From: Desulfobacterales bacterium
GTDB lineage: Bacteria; Desulfobacterota; Desulfobacteria; Desulfobacterales; UBA5852
Assembly: GCA_963674755.2 (NCBI GenBank)
Contig: CAXXVS010000003.1
Span: 1,632,001-1,696,000, forward strand
DNA: 64,000 nucleotides
Reading direction: 5' to 3'
The position numbers were made by a program, and so were the translations under genes. This document shows positions 55,359 to 64,000 of the stretch, piece by piece. Position 1 is the stretch's first letter. Each line of letters begins with the position of its first letter. The notes beneath the pieces were generated by a model. That model ran no database searches. It had not been told where the DNA came from and saw nothing but the letters and a program-made list of their open reading frames with translations.

Positions 55359-56110
55359 TGGGGGAGACCTTTTCGAAACCGCCGGCCGCGTGGGGCGGAA
55401 CAGCCCCCCGGGCGATCATCGGGTTGAGCACCTATGGCATCGCCCACAGTGAGGGCTTCAACATTCCCGCCCAATATGTCCAATCCATCCTGCGGGCCGG
55501 CGGCCTGCCCCTGTTGCTGCCGACCGCCGCCGTGGATCCGGTGGACCCCTGGATCGAGAGGATCCAGGGACTGGTCCTGATCGGCGGCGGCGATATCGAC
55601 CCGTCGCGCTATGGCGCCGCTTCCCATGAAACCATTTACAATCTGGACGACGATCGGGATGCCTGCGAGCTGGCTCTGGCAACCGGTGCGTTGCAGCGAC
55701 GGCTGCCGCTGCTGGCTATCTGCCGGGGCATGCAGGTGGTCAACGTGGTGCTGGGTGGAACCCTGCATCGCCATCTGCCCGAGGTCTTCGGTGACAAGGT
55801 GGCCCACCGTCGGCCCCCCCGGGAGACCACGCAGCATCCGGTGGATATTGCGGCCGACACCCAGATTGCCCGGGCCGTAGGTACCACCGGGGTCATGGCG
55901 GTTTCCTGGCACCACCAGGCGGTGGATCGTCTGGGGGAAGGACTGCGGCCGGTGGCCTGGGCCGAAGACGGGGTCATCGAGGCCGTGGAACTGGACGGCA
56001 ACCCGAATCTGCTCGCGGTGCAATGGCATCCGGAGCTTTCCGCGGCTGACGATCCTGCCCAGCAGGGCCTTTTCGACCGTTTGGTAATGCTGGCCACCGG
56101 TGCGCGCTAA
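55358..56110 (+). CDS. Gamma-glutamyl-amide hydrolase (PuuD / peptidase C26 family)
   Basis: GGGDIDP, AICRGMQ (catalytic Cys), SWHHQAV, AVQWHPE; TGATG coupling to the ADH gene. Confidence 0.9.
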   Translation: MGETFSKPPAAWGGTAPRAIIGLSTYGIAHSEGFNIPAQYVQSILRAGGLPLLLPTAAVDPVDPWIERIQGLVLIGGGDIDPSRYGAASHETIYNLDDDRDACELALATGALQRRLPLLAICRGMQVVNVVLGGTLHRHLPEVFGDKVAHRRPPRETTQHPVDIAADTQIARAVGTTGVMAVSWHHQAVDRLGEGLRPVAWAEDGVIEAVELDGNPNLLAVQWHPELSAADDPAQQGLFDRLVMLATGAR

Positions 56111-56178
56111 ACCGCCATCCGGCGGATTTTCGTCAGCCAGTAGCCGAATCGGTGATTTCATTTATGAGGAAAACAGCC

Positions 56179-58032
56179 ATGTACGGTTTCATGGGCAAAA
56201 TCCTTACCGTCGATCTCAGTTCGCAGACCGCGACGATCGTGGCCAGGGACCAGACTTTTTACAAAACCTATCTGGGGGGCGCTTTCATGGCGGCCCGACT
56301 CTTTGAGGAGGCGGTCCGGGGCATGGCACCGCCGACCCCGTTCGCCGCGGCCACCCCCCTGGTTTTTGCCACCGGGCCCCTGGCAGGCGCCCGGATTTGC
56401 GGGTCCACACGCGTCAATGTGGTATCCCTGTCCCCGGAGACGGCCGGTATTTTCAGCTCCCAGGCGGGCGGTGAGTTCGGACCGGACATCAAACGCGCCG
56501 GGTTTGACGCCCTGGTGATAACGGGCGCCTCGCCCGCCCCGGTTTTTCTCGACATCACCAACGACGAGGTCGTCTTTCAGGACGCCACCGCCCTCTGGGG
56601 CCTGGACCGGGGCCAGACCTACGACCGTTTAAGGGCTTGGCGGGAGAAGATGGTTTCCATCGCTACCATCGGGCCGGCGGGCGAAAATCGGGTGTGCCAT
56701 GCCAACATCATGTTCGAGCCGGATCACTACGCCGGGCGTGGCGGCCTGGGGGCGGTCATGGGGGCCAAAAACCTCAAGGCCATCTGCATCGGCGGCGACC
56801 GGCAGGTGGTCTTCCGGGACCCGGAGACCGTCAAGGCCGTCAACAAGGCCGGTGCCACGACCTTCACCCAAGCGTTTGCCAAGAACCCCAACAGTTTTCT
56901 GGGGGTATTGCGGACCTATGGCACCTTCGGCCTCCTGATGCTCAACCAGGATGTGGGCAATCTGCCGGTCAACAACTTCAAGCGGGCCCAAATGGACGAC
57001 GCGGATTTTCAGACTGCGGTCAGCCATGCCCGGATCGGCCAAACCATGGTCGGCCGCCGCAACCCCTGCAAGGGGTGCTACCTGGGCTGTAAAAAGAAGT
57101 CGGCCGCCGATGCCGGGCACACGGCCCTGGCCGAATACGAGAGCATGGCCCTGCTGGGGCCCAACCTGGGGCTCAAGGATCTGGCACCGGCCATGGCGGC
57201 CAGCGAACTGTGCAATCGGCTGGGCATGGATACGATTTCCAGCGGAGCGCTCATCGCCTTTGTGATGGACGGCTTTGCCAACGGCGACCTGGATGAAGGC
57301 GAGATGGGGTTTTCCATCCGTTTTGGCGAGGGGGACAAGATCGGCGAGCTGATCCGGATGATCGCTCACCGCCAGGGGAAGCTGGGCAACCTGCTGGCCG
57401 ACGGGATCATGGCCTGGCGGCGAACCATGGGGAAATCCCTCGCCCGGCATCTGCGCTTCGCCCGCGGCATGGGCCTGCCCGCCCATCTGCCCCGGGTCAA
57501 GCCCGGCATCGGATTTGGCTATCTGCACGGCCCCAATCCCGGGGACCACATGAAAGCCGAGCACGACTGGATCGCTTCCAGTCCCGGGGATCTGAAAGCC
57601 TTCCACATTTCCGAGACATCGGATGCCTTCGCGCTGGACAGGGTCAAAGTGGATGTCTACCGCGCCACCCAGATCTACTACGCGGCCATGGATAGTCTGA
57701 GTGTGTGCATGTTTATCTTCGGCCCCGGCAATATCCTGAGCTATGAGGATATTGTGACAATGATAAACGCCGCCACCGGATTCGACTATTCTTTCGATGC
57801 TCTCATGCAGGTCGGCGAACGCGCCATTCAGCTGCAGCGTCAATTGTATACGGCCTTCGGGGGCGCTGATGAGGCGTTGCCGCCCTTCATGGAAACGGAA
57901 ATCCCCGAAGGGCCCACCCAAGGTGCCAAAATCGATCACGAAGACTTCGCAGAAGCCCGGGAGCACTATTACCGCCTCTGGGGTTGGAAGGCCGCAGGCC
58001 GACCGGCAAAGGATTCGTTGCCAACCGTTTGA
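56179..58032 (+). CDS. Aldehyde:ferredoxin oxidoreductase family (W/Mo-pterin)
   Basis: YGFMGKILTVDL, TGPL, IGPAGEN, AGRGGLGAVMGAKNLKA, CKGCYLGC, EYES, GMDTIS, DSLSVC. Confidence 0.9.
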   Translation: MYGFMGKILTVDLSSQTATIVARDQTFYKTYLGGAFMAARLFEEAVRGMAPPTPFAAATPLVFATGPLAGARICGSTRVNVVSLSPETAGIFSSQAGGEFGPDIKRAGFDALVITGASPAPVFLDITNDEVVFQDATALWGLDRGQTYDRLRAWREKMVSIATIGPAGENRVCHANIMFEPDHYAGRGGLGAVMGAKNLKAICIGGDRQVVFRDPETVKAVNKAGATTFTQAFAKNPNSFLGVLRTYGTFGLLMLNQDVGNLPVNNFKRAQMDDADFQTAVSHARIGQTMVGRRNPCKGCYLGCKKKSAADAGHTALAEYESMALLGPNLGLKDLAPAMAASELCNRLGMDTISSGALIAFVMDGFANGDLDEGEMGFSIRFGEGDKIGELIRMIAHRQGKLGNLLADGIMAWRRTMGKSLARHLRFARGMGLPAHLPRVKPGIGFGYLHGPNPGDHMKAEHDWIASSPGDLKAFHISETSDAFALDRVKVDVYRATQIYYAAMDSLSVCMFIFGPGNILSYEDIVTMINAATGFDYSFDALMQVGERAIQLQRQLYTAFGGADEALPPFMETEIPEGPTQGAKIDHEDFAEAREHYYRLWGWKAAGRPAKDSLPTV

Positions 58033-58097
58033 GAGGACATGGGTCAGTGGAATGTGTACGGGGAACAATCCCAACAACCTGAAAGGAGCCTGGTAGA

Positions 58098-59147
58098 ATG
58101 AAACGACGTGATTTTCTGAAGAAGGCCGGAGTAGGGGCCGCGGCGGTTGCTGCCACGACCGTGAATGCCCCTTATGTCATTGCCAGCAAGAAGACCCCCA
58201 TCAAGTGGCGGATGCAGACCTATGCCGGGCCAGCCCTGGCCGAGCATGTCATCAAACCCCAGATCGATGCCTTCAACAAGGTCGCCAACGGCGAAATGGT
58301 GATCGAACTTTACAATGCCGACCAGCTAGTGCCTCATGGGGAGTTGTTCCGCGCCCTGACCAAAGGAACCATCGACGCCGTGCAAAGTGATGACGACTCC
58401 ATCGCCGCACCGGTGGACGTTTCCGTATTCGCCGCCTATTTCCCGTTCGCCTCCCGTTACAGCTTGGATGTCCCCACCCTGTGGAATTGGTACGGGCTGA
58501 ACGAAATCTGGGAAGAGGCCTACAGTAAAATTAAGAATGTCACCTGGCTGGGCATAGGTGCCTGGGATCCGTGCAACTTTGCCACAGTCAAGCCCATCCG
58601 CCACCTGGAAGACCTCAAGGGACTTCGCATCTACATGTTCCCCACCGGCGGCCGCTTCATGCAGCAGTTCGGCGTCGTGCCCATGTCGCTGCCCTACGAG
58701 GACGTGGAGATGGCTATTCAGACCGGCGAGCTGGACGGGGTGGCCTGGTCGGGCATCACCGAAGACTATACCGTGGGCTGGGCCGATGTCACCAAGTACT
58801 ACCTGACCAATCCCATTTCCGGGGCCTGGGCGGGATCCTATTTTGCGAACACCAACTCCTGGGAGAAGGTGCCCGATCACCTGAAAACCTTGTTCAAGCT
58901 GACCATCGACAGCTCTAACTACTACCGGTTGCACTGGTACTGGTGGGGAGAGGCCCATTACCGCACCAAGGGCGGCAAACTGGAACTCACTTCGATTCCC
59001 AAGGAGGAGTGGAAGGTCGTGGAAGACGCCGCCCTCAAATACTGGGATGAGATTGCCGCCAAGAATCCAACCAATGCCAAGGTGGTCGAGATTCTCAAAA
59101 ATTATGCCGCAACCATGGAAGCCGCCGGCCCGCCCTACCGCTATTGA
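58098..59147 (+). CDS. dctP: TRAP transporter substrate-binding protein (Tat signal)
   Basis: KRRDFLKK twin-Arg signal; WRMQTY, DLKGLRIY, QTGELDG. Confidence 0.9.
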   Translation: MKRRDFLKKAGVGAAAVAATTVNAPYVIASKKTPIKWRMQTYAGPALAEHVIKPQIDAFNKVANGEMVIELYNADQLVPHGELFRALTKGTIDAVQSDDDSIAAPVDVSVFAAYFPFASRYSLDVPTLWNWYGLNEIWEEAYSKIKNVTWLGIGAWDPCNFATVKPIRHLEDLKGLRIYMFPTGGRFMQQFGVVPMSLPYEDVEMAIQTGELDGVAWSGITEDYTVGWADVTKYYLTNPISGAWAGSYFANTNSWEKVPDHLKTLFKLTIDSSNYYRLHWYWWGEAHYRTKGGKLELTSIPKEEWKVVEDAALKYWDEIAAKNPTNAKVVEILKNYAATMEAAGPPYRY

Positions 59148-59181
59148 TCCCCTTGGCGGTGTGAATTTACTGTCCTGAGAT

Positions 59182-59234
59182 GGTTTGCTTTTACCGGCCG
59201 ACAAGCAGCCCGGCCGGAAAAGGCAAACCTTTTC
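59182..59234 (+). terminator. Intercistronic hairpin between dctP and dctQ (stabiliser or partial terminator)
   Basis: GGTTTGCTTTT-A-CCGGCCG...CGGCCGG-AAAAGGCAAACC followed by TTTTC. Confidence 0.6.
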
Positions 59235-59280
59235 ATTGTGGGTATGACCGTTTGATGAAGGAAGAACGAAGGGGGCGGCA

Positions 59281-59790
59281 ATGCCTAAAGCGGTAGTGGT
59301 TTTCGTGCGATCCGTCGACGCCGTGAACAAGGTGGTCGGCAAGTTTTCGATGTATTTGGTTTTCTTCATGATGGCCATTCTTCTTTTTGAATCCGTATCC
59401 CGGACTCTTTTTGACAAACCCCATATTTGGGTCGTGGAGATGGCCCAGTTCACCATGGCGGCCTATTACCTCCTCGGAGGCGGCTACTCCATGATTCTCA
59501 GGGGGCACGTCCGCATGGACCTTCTTTACGGCCGCTGGTCCCCGCGGCGCAAGGCGATCATGGATGTGATTACAACACCGTTTATGATGTTTTATCTGAT
59601 ATTTCTTCTTTACGGCGGATTATCCAGCATTGAATACGCCCTCTCTTACGGGCAGACCAACTACACCCCCTGGGCCCCGCCCTTGGCACCGATCAAGATC
59701 ATCATGACCCTGGGCATTTTTCTGATGCTGCTGCAAGCCATCGCCACTTTTTTCAAAGACATCGCCAAGATCAAAGGGGAGGCGATCTGA
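59281..59790 (+). CDS. dctQ: TRAP small permease
   Basis: Four TM helices, W..EM, HVRMDLLY. Confidence 0.9.
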   Translation: MPKAVVVFVRSVDAVNKVVGKFSMYLVFFMMAILLFESVSRTLFDKPHIWVVEMAQFTMAAYYLLGGGYSMILRGHVRMDLLYGRWSPRRKAIMDVITTPFMMFYLIFLLYGGLSSIEYALSYGQTNYTPWAPPLAPIKIIMTLGIFLMLLQAIATFFKDIAKIKGEAI

Positions 59791-59791
59791 T

Positions 59792-61117
59792 ATGAGCCAT
59801 GAAATGATTGCTGTTCTGATATTCTCCTCGATGATGATCATGCTGCTCACCGGACAGCGGGTTTTTGCGGCCATCGGGGGTGTGGCTACCCTTTTTGCAT
59901 TGATGCTGTGGGGCGAGGGGGGCGCTGAAATGCCCTTCAACGCAAGCTTTGCCCTGCTGAACTGGTATCCTCTCTTGACCCTGCCGCTGTTCATTTACAT
60001 GGGCTACATGTTTTCCGAGTCCGGCATCGCCAGTGATCTCTACCACATGTTCCATGTCTGGATGGGGCCCATCAACGGGGGCCTGGCCATCGGCACCATG
60101 GGGTTGATGGTGGCGGTCTCGGCTATGAACGGGTTGAGTGTGGCCGGTATGGCCATCGGGGCCAGCATCGCCATGCCGGAAATGCTCAAGCGCGATTACG
60201 ACAAGGTGATGGTCACCGGAGTCATCCAGGCGGGCAGCTCCCTGGGCATCATGGTGCCGCCCAGTGTGGTGCTGGTGCTCTATGGGATGATCGCCCGGCA
60301 GCCGGTGGGGCAGCTTTGGCTGGCCGGCGTATTCCCGGGGCTTTTGCTGGCGGTGCTGTTCGTCGCCTACATCGCGATTCGCTGCAAATTGCAGCCGAGC
60401 ATGGGAGCGGCCCTGCCGGAAGAAGAACGCCGGCAGATCACATGGGGACAGAAAATCAGGCTTCTCAAGGCCGGCATTCTTCCTCTGGTGATCATCTTTT
60501 CCATGACCGGCCTCTTCCTGATGGGCGTCACCAGCCTGGTGGAATGTTCGGCCGCCGGCGCCTTTGCCACGACGGTCGTGGCCCGCCTGAAAGGCCGCCT
60601 GACCCGGCAGGTCATGCAGGATACGCTCAAGAACACCTTGAGCGTATCCTGCATGTTCATGTGGGTGATCCTGGCGGCGTTGTGCTTCGGCGCCGTTTTC
60701 GACGGCCTGGGGGCGGTGCATGCCATCAAGTCCCTGTTCATCGAGCGCTGGGGCTTAAGCCCCTTCGGCGTCCTCGTGATGATGCAGCTGTCCTATATCC
60801 TGATGGGCATGTTCCTGGATGATACCGCCATGCTCATTATCGTGGCGCCCCTGTACGTTCCCCTGATTATCAGCCTGGGGTACAACCCGATCTGGTACGG
60901 TGTGCTTTACACCATCACCTGTCAGATCGCGTATATGACGCCGCCTTTCGGCTACAATCTCTTCCTGATGAAGGCCATGGCGCCCAAGGAGGTCTCATTA
61001 GGGGATATCTACCGCTCCATCGTGCCTTTCGTGCTGGTCATGATTCTTGGACTGGTGATTGTCATGCTGTTTCCCGGAATCGCCTTGTGGCTGCCCAACG
61101 CCTACTTCGGGCGGTAA
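59792..61117 (+). CDS. dctM: TRAP large permease
   Basis: LPLFIYMG, SSLGIMVPPS, LAGVFPG, YMTPPFG. Confidence 0.92.
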   Translation: MSHEMIAVLIFSSMMIMLLTGQRVFAAIGGVATLFALMLWGEGGAEMPFNASFALLNWYPLLTLPLFIYMGYMFSESGIASDLYHMFHVWMGPINGGLAIGTMGLMVAVSAMNGLSVAGMAIGASIAMPEMLKRDYDKVMVTGVIQAGSSLGIMVPPSVVLVLYGMIARQPVGQLWLAGVFPGLLLAVLFVAYIAIRCKLQPSMGAALPEEERRQITWGQKIRLLKAGILPLVIIFSMTGLFLMGVTSLVECSAAGAFATTVVARLKGRLTRQVMQDTLKNTLSVSCMFMWVILAALCFGAVFDGLGAVHAIKSLFIERWGLSPFGVLVMMQLSYILMGMFLDDTAMLIIVAPLYVPLIISLGYNPIWYGVLYTITCQIAYMTPPFGYNLFLMKAMAPKEVSLGDIYRSIVPFVLVMILGLVIVMLFPGIALWLPNAYFGR

Positions 61118-61157
61118 GACCGGGTCGCCGTTGCTTGCCTTGCCCGAAACGATCGAT

Positions 61158-61190
61158 CATGCGTCCGGCCCCAAGACGGCCGGGCGCATG
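61158..61190. terminator. Hairpin between convergent dctM and antiporter genes
   Basis: CATGCGTCCGGCC-CCAAGAC-GGCCGGGCGCATG. Confidence 0.55.
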
Positions 61191-61225
61191 CGTGTTTCTA
61201 CGCTCAGTGGCCATCCTGTCGACGT

Positions 61226-62197
61226 TCAATGCGCCAGAAGCTGGAAGACCAGATAGGTTGTGTAGCTCAGATAGCCGCCTAGCAGAAGCAGGCCTTCAAT
61301 CCGGTTGATGCGGCCCGGTCCCCGGAAGCCGAAGCCGATAACGAAGAGGGAAACGGTGAAGAGCACCATGACCGGCATGTCCCGCGTGAAGATTTCCGGG
61401 CCGATCGTCATGGGACGAATCGCGCCGGCGATACCGACCACGGCCAGGGTGTTGAAGAGATTGGAGCCCAGCACATTGCCCAGGGCCAGGTCACATTGCC
61501 CCCTGTGGACTGCGACGATGGATGACGCCAGCTCCGGCAGTGAAGTGCCGATGGCCACGATGGTAAGGCCGATGATCAGATCGCTTACGCCCAGCCGATG
61601 GGCAATGGTCACGGCCCCCCACACCAGGAGGCGCGAGCTGGCCGTCAAGAGAAGTAAACCGGCAACAAGCCGGAGGCCGGCGCGGCCCCGCGACATGGTT
61701 CGGGTTTCGAGCGCGACTTCGATGTCCGTTTTCAGGGCATCGGACTTTTCCCGCATCCCCTGCCGGATGGTCCACGCCATCAGGACGGCAAAAGTTCCCA
61801 GCAGCACAAAGGATTCAAGTCGCGTCAGAACGCCGTTCCACACTTGAAAGGCCCCTAATGCGGTGGCGGCCGTGAGGATAGGCAACTCCCTGCGCAGGAT
61901 TCCCGAACGGACGGTGATGGGACGGACCAGCGCCGCCAGCCCCAGCACCAAGCCGATGTTGGCGATATTGGAGCCATAGGCATTGCCCAAGGCAATGCCC
62001 GGGTTGCCTTGCAGAGCGGCCATGGCCGAAACCACCATTTCAGGCGCCGAGGTGCCGAAACCCACGATCACCATGCCAATCAACAAAGGGGGCATGCCCA
62101 GGTAGCGGGCGGTGACCGCCGCTCCTTCCACGAATCGATCGGCGCTCCAGACCAGAAGCAACAGCCCTACGGCAACCGCCAGAATAGCGAGTATCAT
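61226..62197 (-). CDS. Ca2+/Na+ antiporter (YrbG, CaCA family)
   Basis: GTSAPE, GNAYGSNIAN, GTSLPE, GNVLGSNLFN alpha-repeats. Confidence 0.92.
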   Translation of the reverse strand: MILAILAVAVGLLLLVWSADRFVEGAAVTARYLGMPPLLIGMVIVGFGTSAPEMVVSAMAALQGNPGIALGNAYGSNIANIGLVLGLAALVRPITVRSGILRRELPILTAATALGAFQVWNGVLTRLESFVLLGTFAVLMAWTIRQGMREKSDALKTDIEVALETRTMSRGRAGLRLVAGLLLLTASSRLLVWGAVTIAHRLGVSDLIIGLTIVAIGTSLPELASSIVAVHRGQCDLALGNVLGSNLFNTLAVVGIAGAIRPMTIGPEIFTRDMPVMVLFTVSLFVIGFGFRGPGRINRIEGLLLLGGYLSYTTYLVFQLLAH

Positions 62198-62383
62198 GAG
62201 AATTCCTTGGTGGATGGTGCCATCAATACATTCAACCCCTGGAGGTGCCGGAGAAAACACTTCCCATGAACGTTCTGGCCAGCATCGGTTTCCTTCAGCA
62301 GGACGGGTGCGGTTGCGGATTTTTCCATAGAGAATTTAGGCCGGCATTTATGGCAACACCACATGCCGGTGGGAAAAAGGGGT

Positions 62384-62998
62384 TTAGGGAGGCTGCTCCG
62401 CGCTGTGGTTGAGCCGCGCGATGATTTGATCCGGCGTTTCCCTGCGGAGGAGCCATTTGAACTGTGCCCGGTAATTGCCAACGGCGCTGAAGCCCAGAGC
62501 GTCCACATCATAGATCTGCCACCGTCCTTGTCGGCGAATCATTTTAACGTTGACCGGAATGGCCCTTCCGCGATGCAAAACCCGTACTTCCACTCGGACG
62601 CGCGCAGGCGCGAGCCGTATTTGACGGACATATTCGAGTCGTTCGCCATTGTAGCGATCAAGGAGCAGCGGCAAATAGGTGCGTTGGAGAAATGCTCTAA
62701 ACGCCCGGACAAACGCAGTTTGCTGGGCCGTTGTAAAATTCTTCCAATAGGAGGACAGCACCATGCGTGACATGATGGTGAAGTCGAAGAGGGTCTGGGT
62801 AAGCTCGCGGATGCGCGCTTCCTTCGCGGCGCGGCCATTCACGCCGCAATAGGTTTTATCGTTGAGAAGCGCCAGCCCCTGGTTCACCCCTTCCCGCAGC
62901 ACATCCATGGGCTGCCGGTCCACGGCGGCCGTCGGGGCAGCGAGCGCGAGTACCGCTACCATCAGGACGATTCGGCTGCAAATTATGCGGTTGGTCAT
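62384..62998 (-). CDS. MlaC/Ttg2D-family phospholipid-binding periplasmic protein
   Basis: Signal peptide, FDFTIMSRMVL..W, WQIYDV..G.S...NYRAQF. Confidence 0.85.
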   Translation of the reverse strand: MTNRIICSRIVLMVAVLALAAPTAAVDRQPMDVLREGVNQGLALLNDKTYCGVNGRAAKEARIRELTQTLFDFTIMSRMVLSSYWKNFTTAQQTAFVRAFRAFLQRTYLPLLLDRYNGERLEYVRQIRLAPARVRVEVRVLHRGRAIPVNVKMIRRQGRWQIYDVDALGFSAVGNYRAQFKWLLRRETPDQIIARLNHSAEQPP

Positions 62999-63315
62999 GG
63001 CAATGGAGAATGGCTTTAAAAAAATCCGGCTTGATGGCCTCCAGGCACTGAAGCGCTCAGCGGCACATATCGGGTCCTATTGTCAGCGCCCATCGGTCCG
63101 GAGTTAAAATCGATCACCTCTGGACAGACACTGTAAAAGCAAGAATAGGCATCAGCGAAAGCATATTCAATTCGGATTGACGGCCGTGCGCCCCAAAGGT
63201 GCCCTTTTTGTAAAAGAATGGCTGGTTTCCATTGATTTCTCATGGAAATTCGCATAGGCTATCAATAATTGGCTCGCAGTGATGATTCATCTTTCAACCC
63301 GGCAAAGGAGGTCTT

Positions 63316-63579
63316 GTGACAAAAGCTGATTTGATCGAAAAAATGGCGAAGGACTCAGGCATCACCAAAGTCGCGGCCAAAGCGGCGCTGGAATCGTTTT
63401 TAGACGGCGTCAAGGGCGGTCTGAAAAAGCGCAACAGCAAAGTGACGATTGTCGGTTTCGGCACCTTCCGCAATGTCTACCGGAAGACCCGCATGGGGCG
63501 CAACCCCCAGACGGGGGAGAAGATCAAGATCAAGGGTAAAAACGCTGTGACGTTCAAGGCCGGGAAAAATCTGGTGTAA
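63316..63579 (+). CDS. hup: HU-family DNA-binding protein
   Basis: MTKADLI, GFGTF, RMGRNPQTGEKIKI, FKAGK; AAGGAGG RBS; TTGATT-N17-TAGGCT upstream. Confidence 0.93.
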   Translation: MTKADLIEKMAKDSGITKVAAKAALESFLDGVKGGLKKRNSKVTIVGFGTFRNVYRKTRMGRNPQTGEKIKIKGKNAVTFKAGKNLV

Positions 63580-63883
63580 CGCAGCACCTCCAATTTCCCT
63601 TTTTCCGCGAAGAAAGGGTGGCTCACGGTCGTCGAGCCGCCCTTTCTTCGTTTGGGAGCGACCAACCGGGGGCAAACCTTGTCGGCCGTATTCATAGCGC
63701 GGCAGGTGTTGCGGGTGGGTCGTGGGCAAGGTTTCAAGGGTGGCCTGAAATGATGTTTTTGCCTGACAGAATTTGTCAAGAGGTTGACAAAGACCGTCAA
63801 CTTTGTGTGAGCTTAAGCTATCTGTCTTCTTGAAATTATGGTATTTATTTGTATAATAAAGGTATTATGGCGGATGACGAGGA

Positions 63884-63899
63884 TGGCACTATTTTTGCT
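63884..63899 (+). promoter_or_regulatory. Consensus sigma-54 promoter for a gene beyond the window
   Basis: TGGCAC-TATTT-TTGCT; palindromes at 63764-63778 and 63783-63801 upstream. Confidence 0.75.
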
Positions 63900-64000
63900 A
63901 TGGAATCACCGGCAAGGCATTTTTCCACCCATCTTGTCAAAAGCGAATACGTACCGACAGGCGGCTTAGGCGGCAATCCTTCTCGTGTTTATGTGTTGCT

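Noticed and set aside
61226..62998. yrbG and mlaC adjacency as a complete Mla system
   Set aside because: No mlaD/E/F/A genes in the window; nothing further can be supported

Overview
GC-rich bacterial chromosome segment whose gene content (Orp-type cluster, octaheme HAO-family cytochrome, AOR, several sigma-54 promoters) suggests an anaerobic Desulfobacterota/deltaproteobacterium; this is an inference. About 48 credible CDSs, with no rRNA, tRNA, CRISPR array or transposase seen. Main blocks: (1) 1-4.6 kb, Orp-like operon with a sigma-54 promoter, twin enhancer palindromes and a PAS(CX8CX3C)-AAA+ activator; (2) 6.1-21 kb, a structured leader with a c-di-GMP-I (GEMM) riboswitch and overlapping terminator ahead of a 4809-aa repetitive autotransporter; (3) 21-28 kb, metabolic genes; (4) 28.6-42.6 kb, photolyase/ybgA/ybjT/att-like 'light stress' genes with an octaheme cytochrome embedded; (5) 42.6-45.9 kb, Fur-like box, Cys-rich leader ORF, DUF2318 and MacB-type ABC; (6) 48-53 kb, orphan pilin-like gene in line with a hybrid histidine kinase; (7) 54-61 kb, sigma-54 operon of Fe-ADH, gamma-glutamyl hydrolase, AOR and a TRAP transporter lacking the carboxylate-binding Arg, possibly an anaerobic variant of glutamylated ethanolamine catabolism. 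All calls come from motif recognition by eye, with no database searches, and several start codons were moved from the ORF track using RBS evidence.
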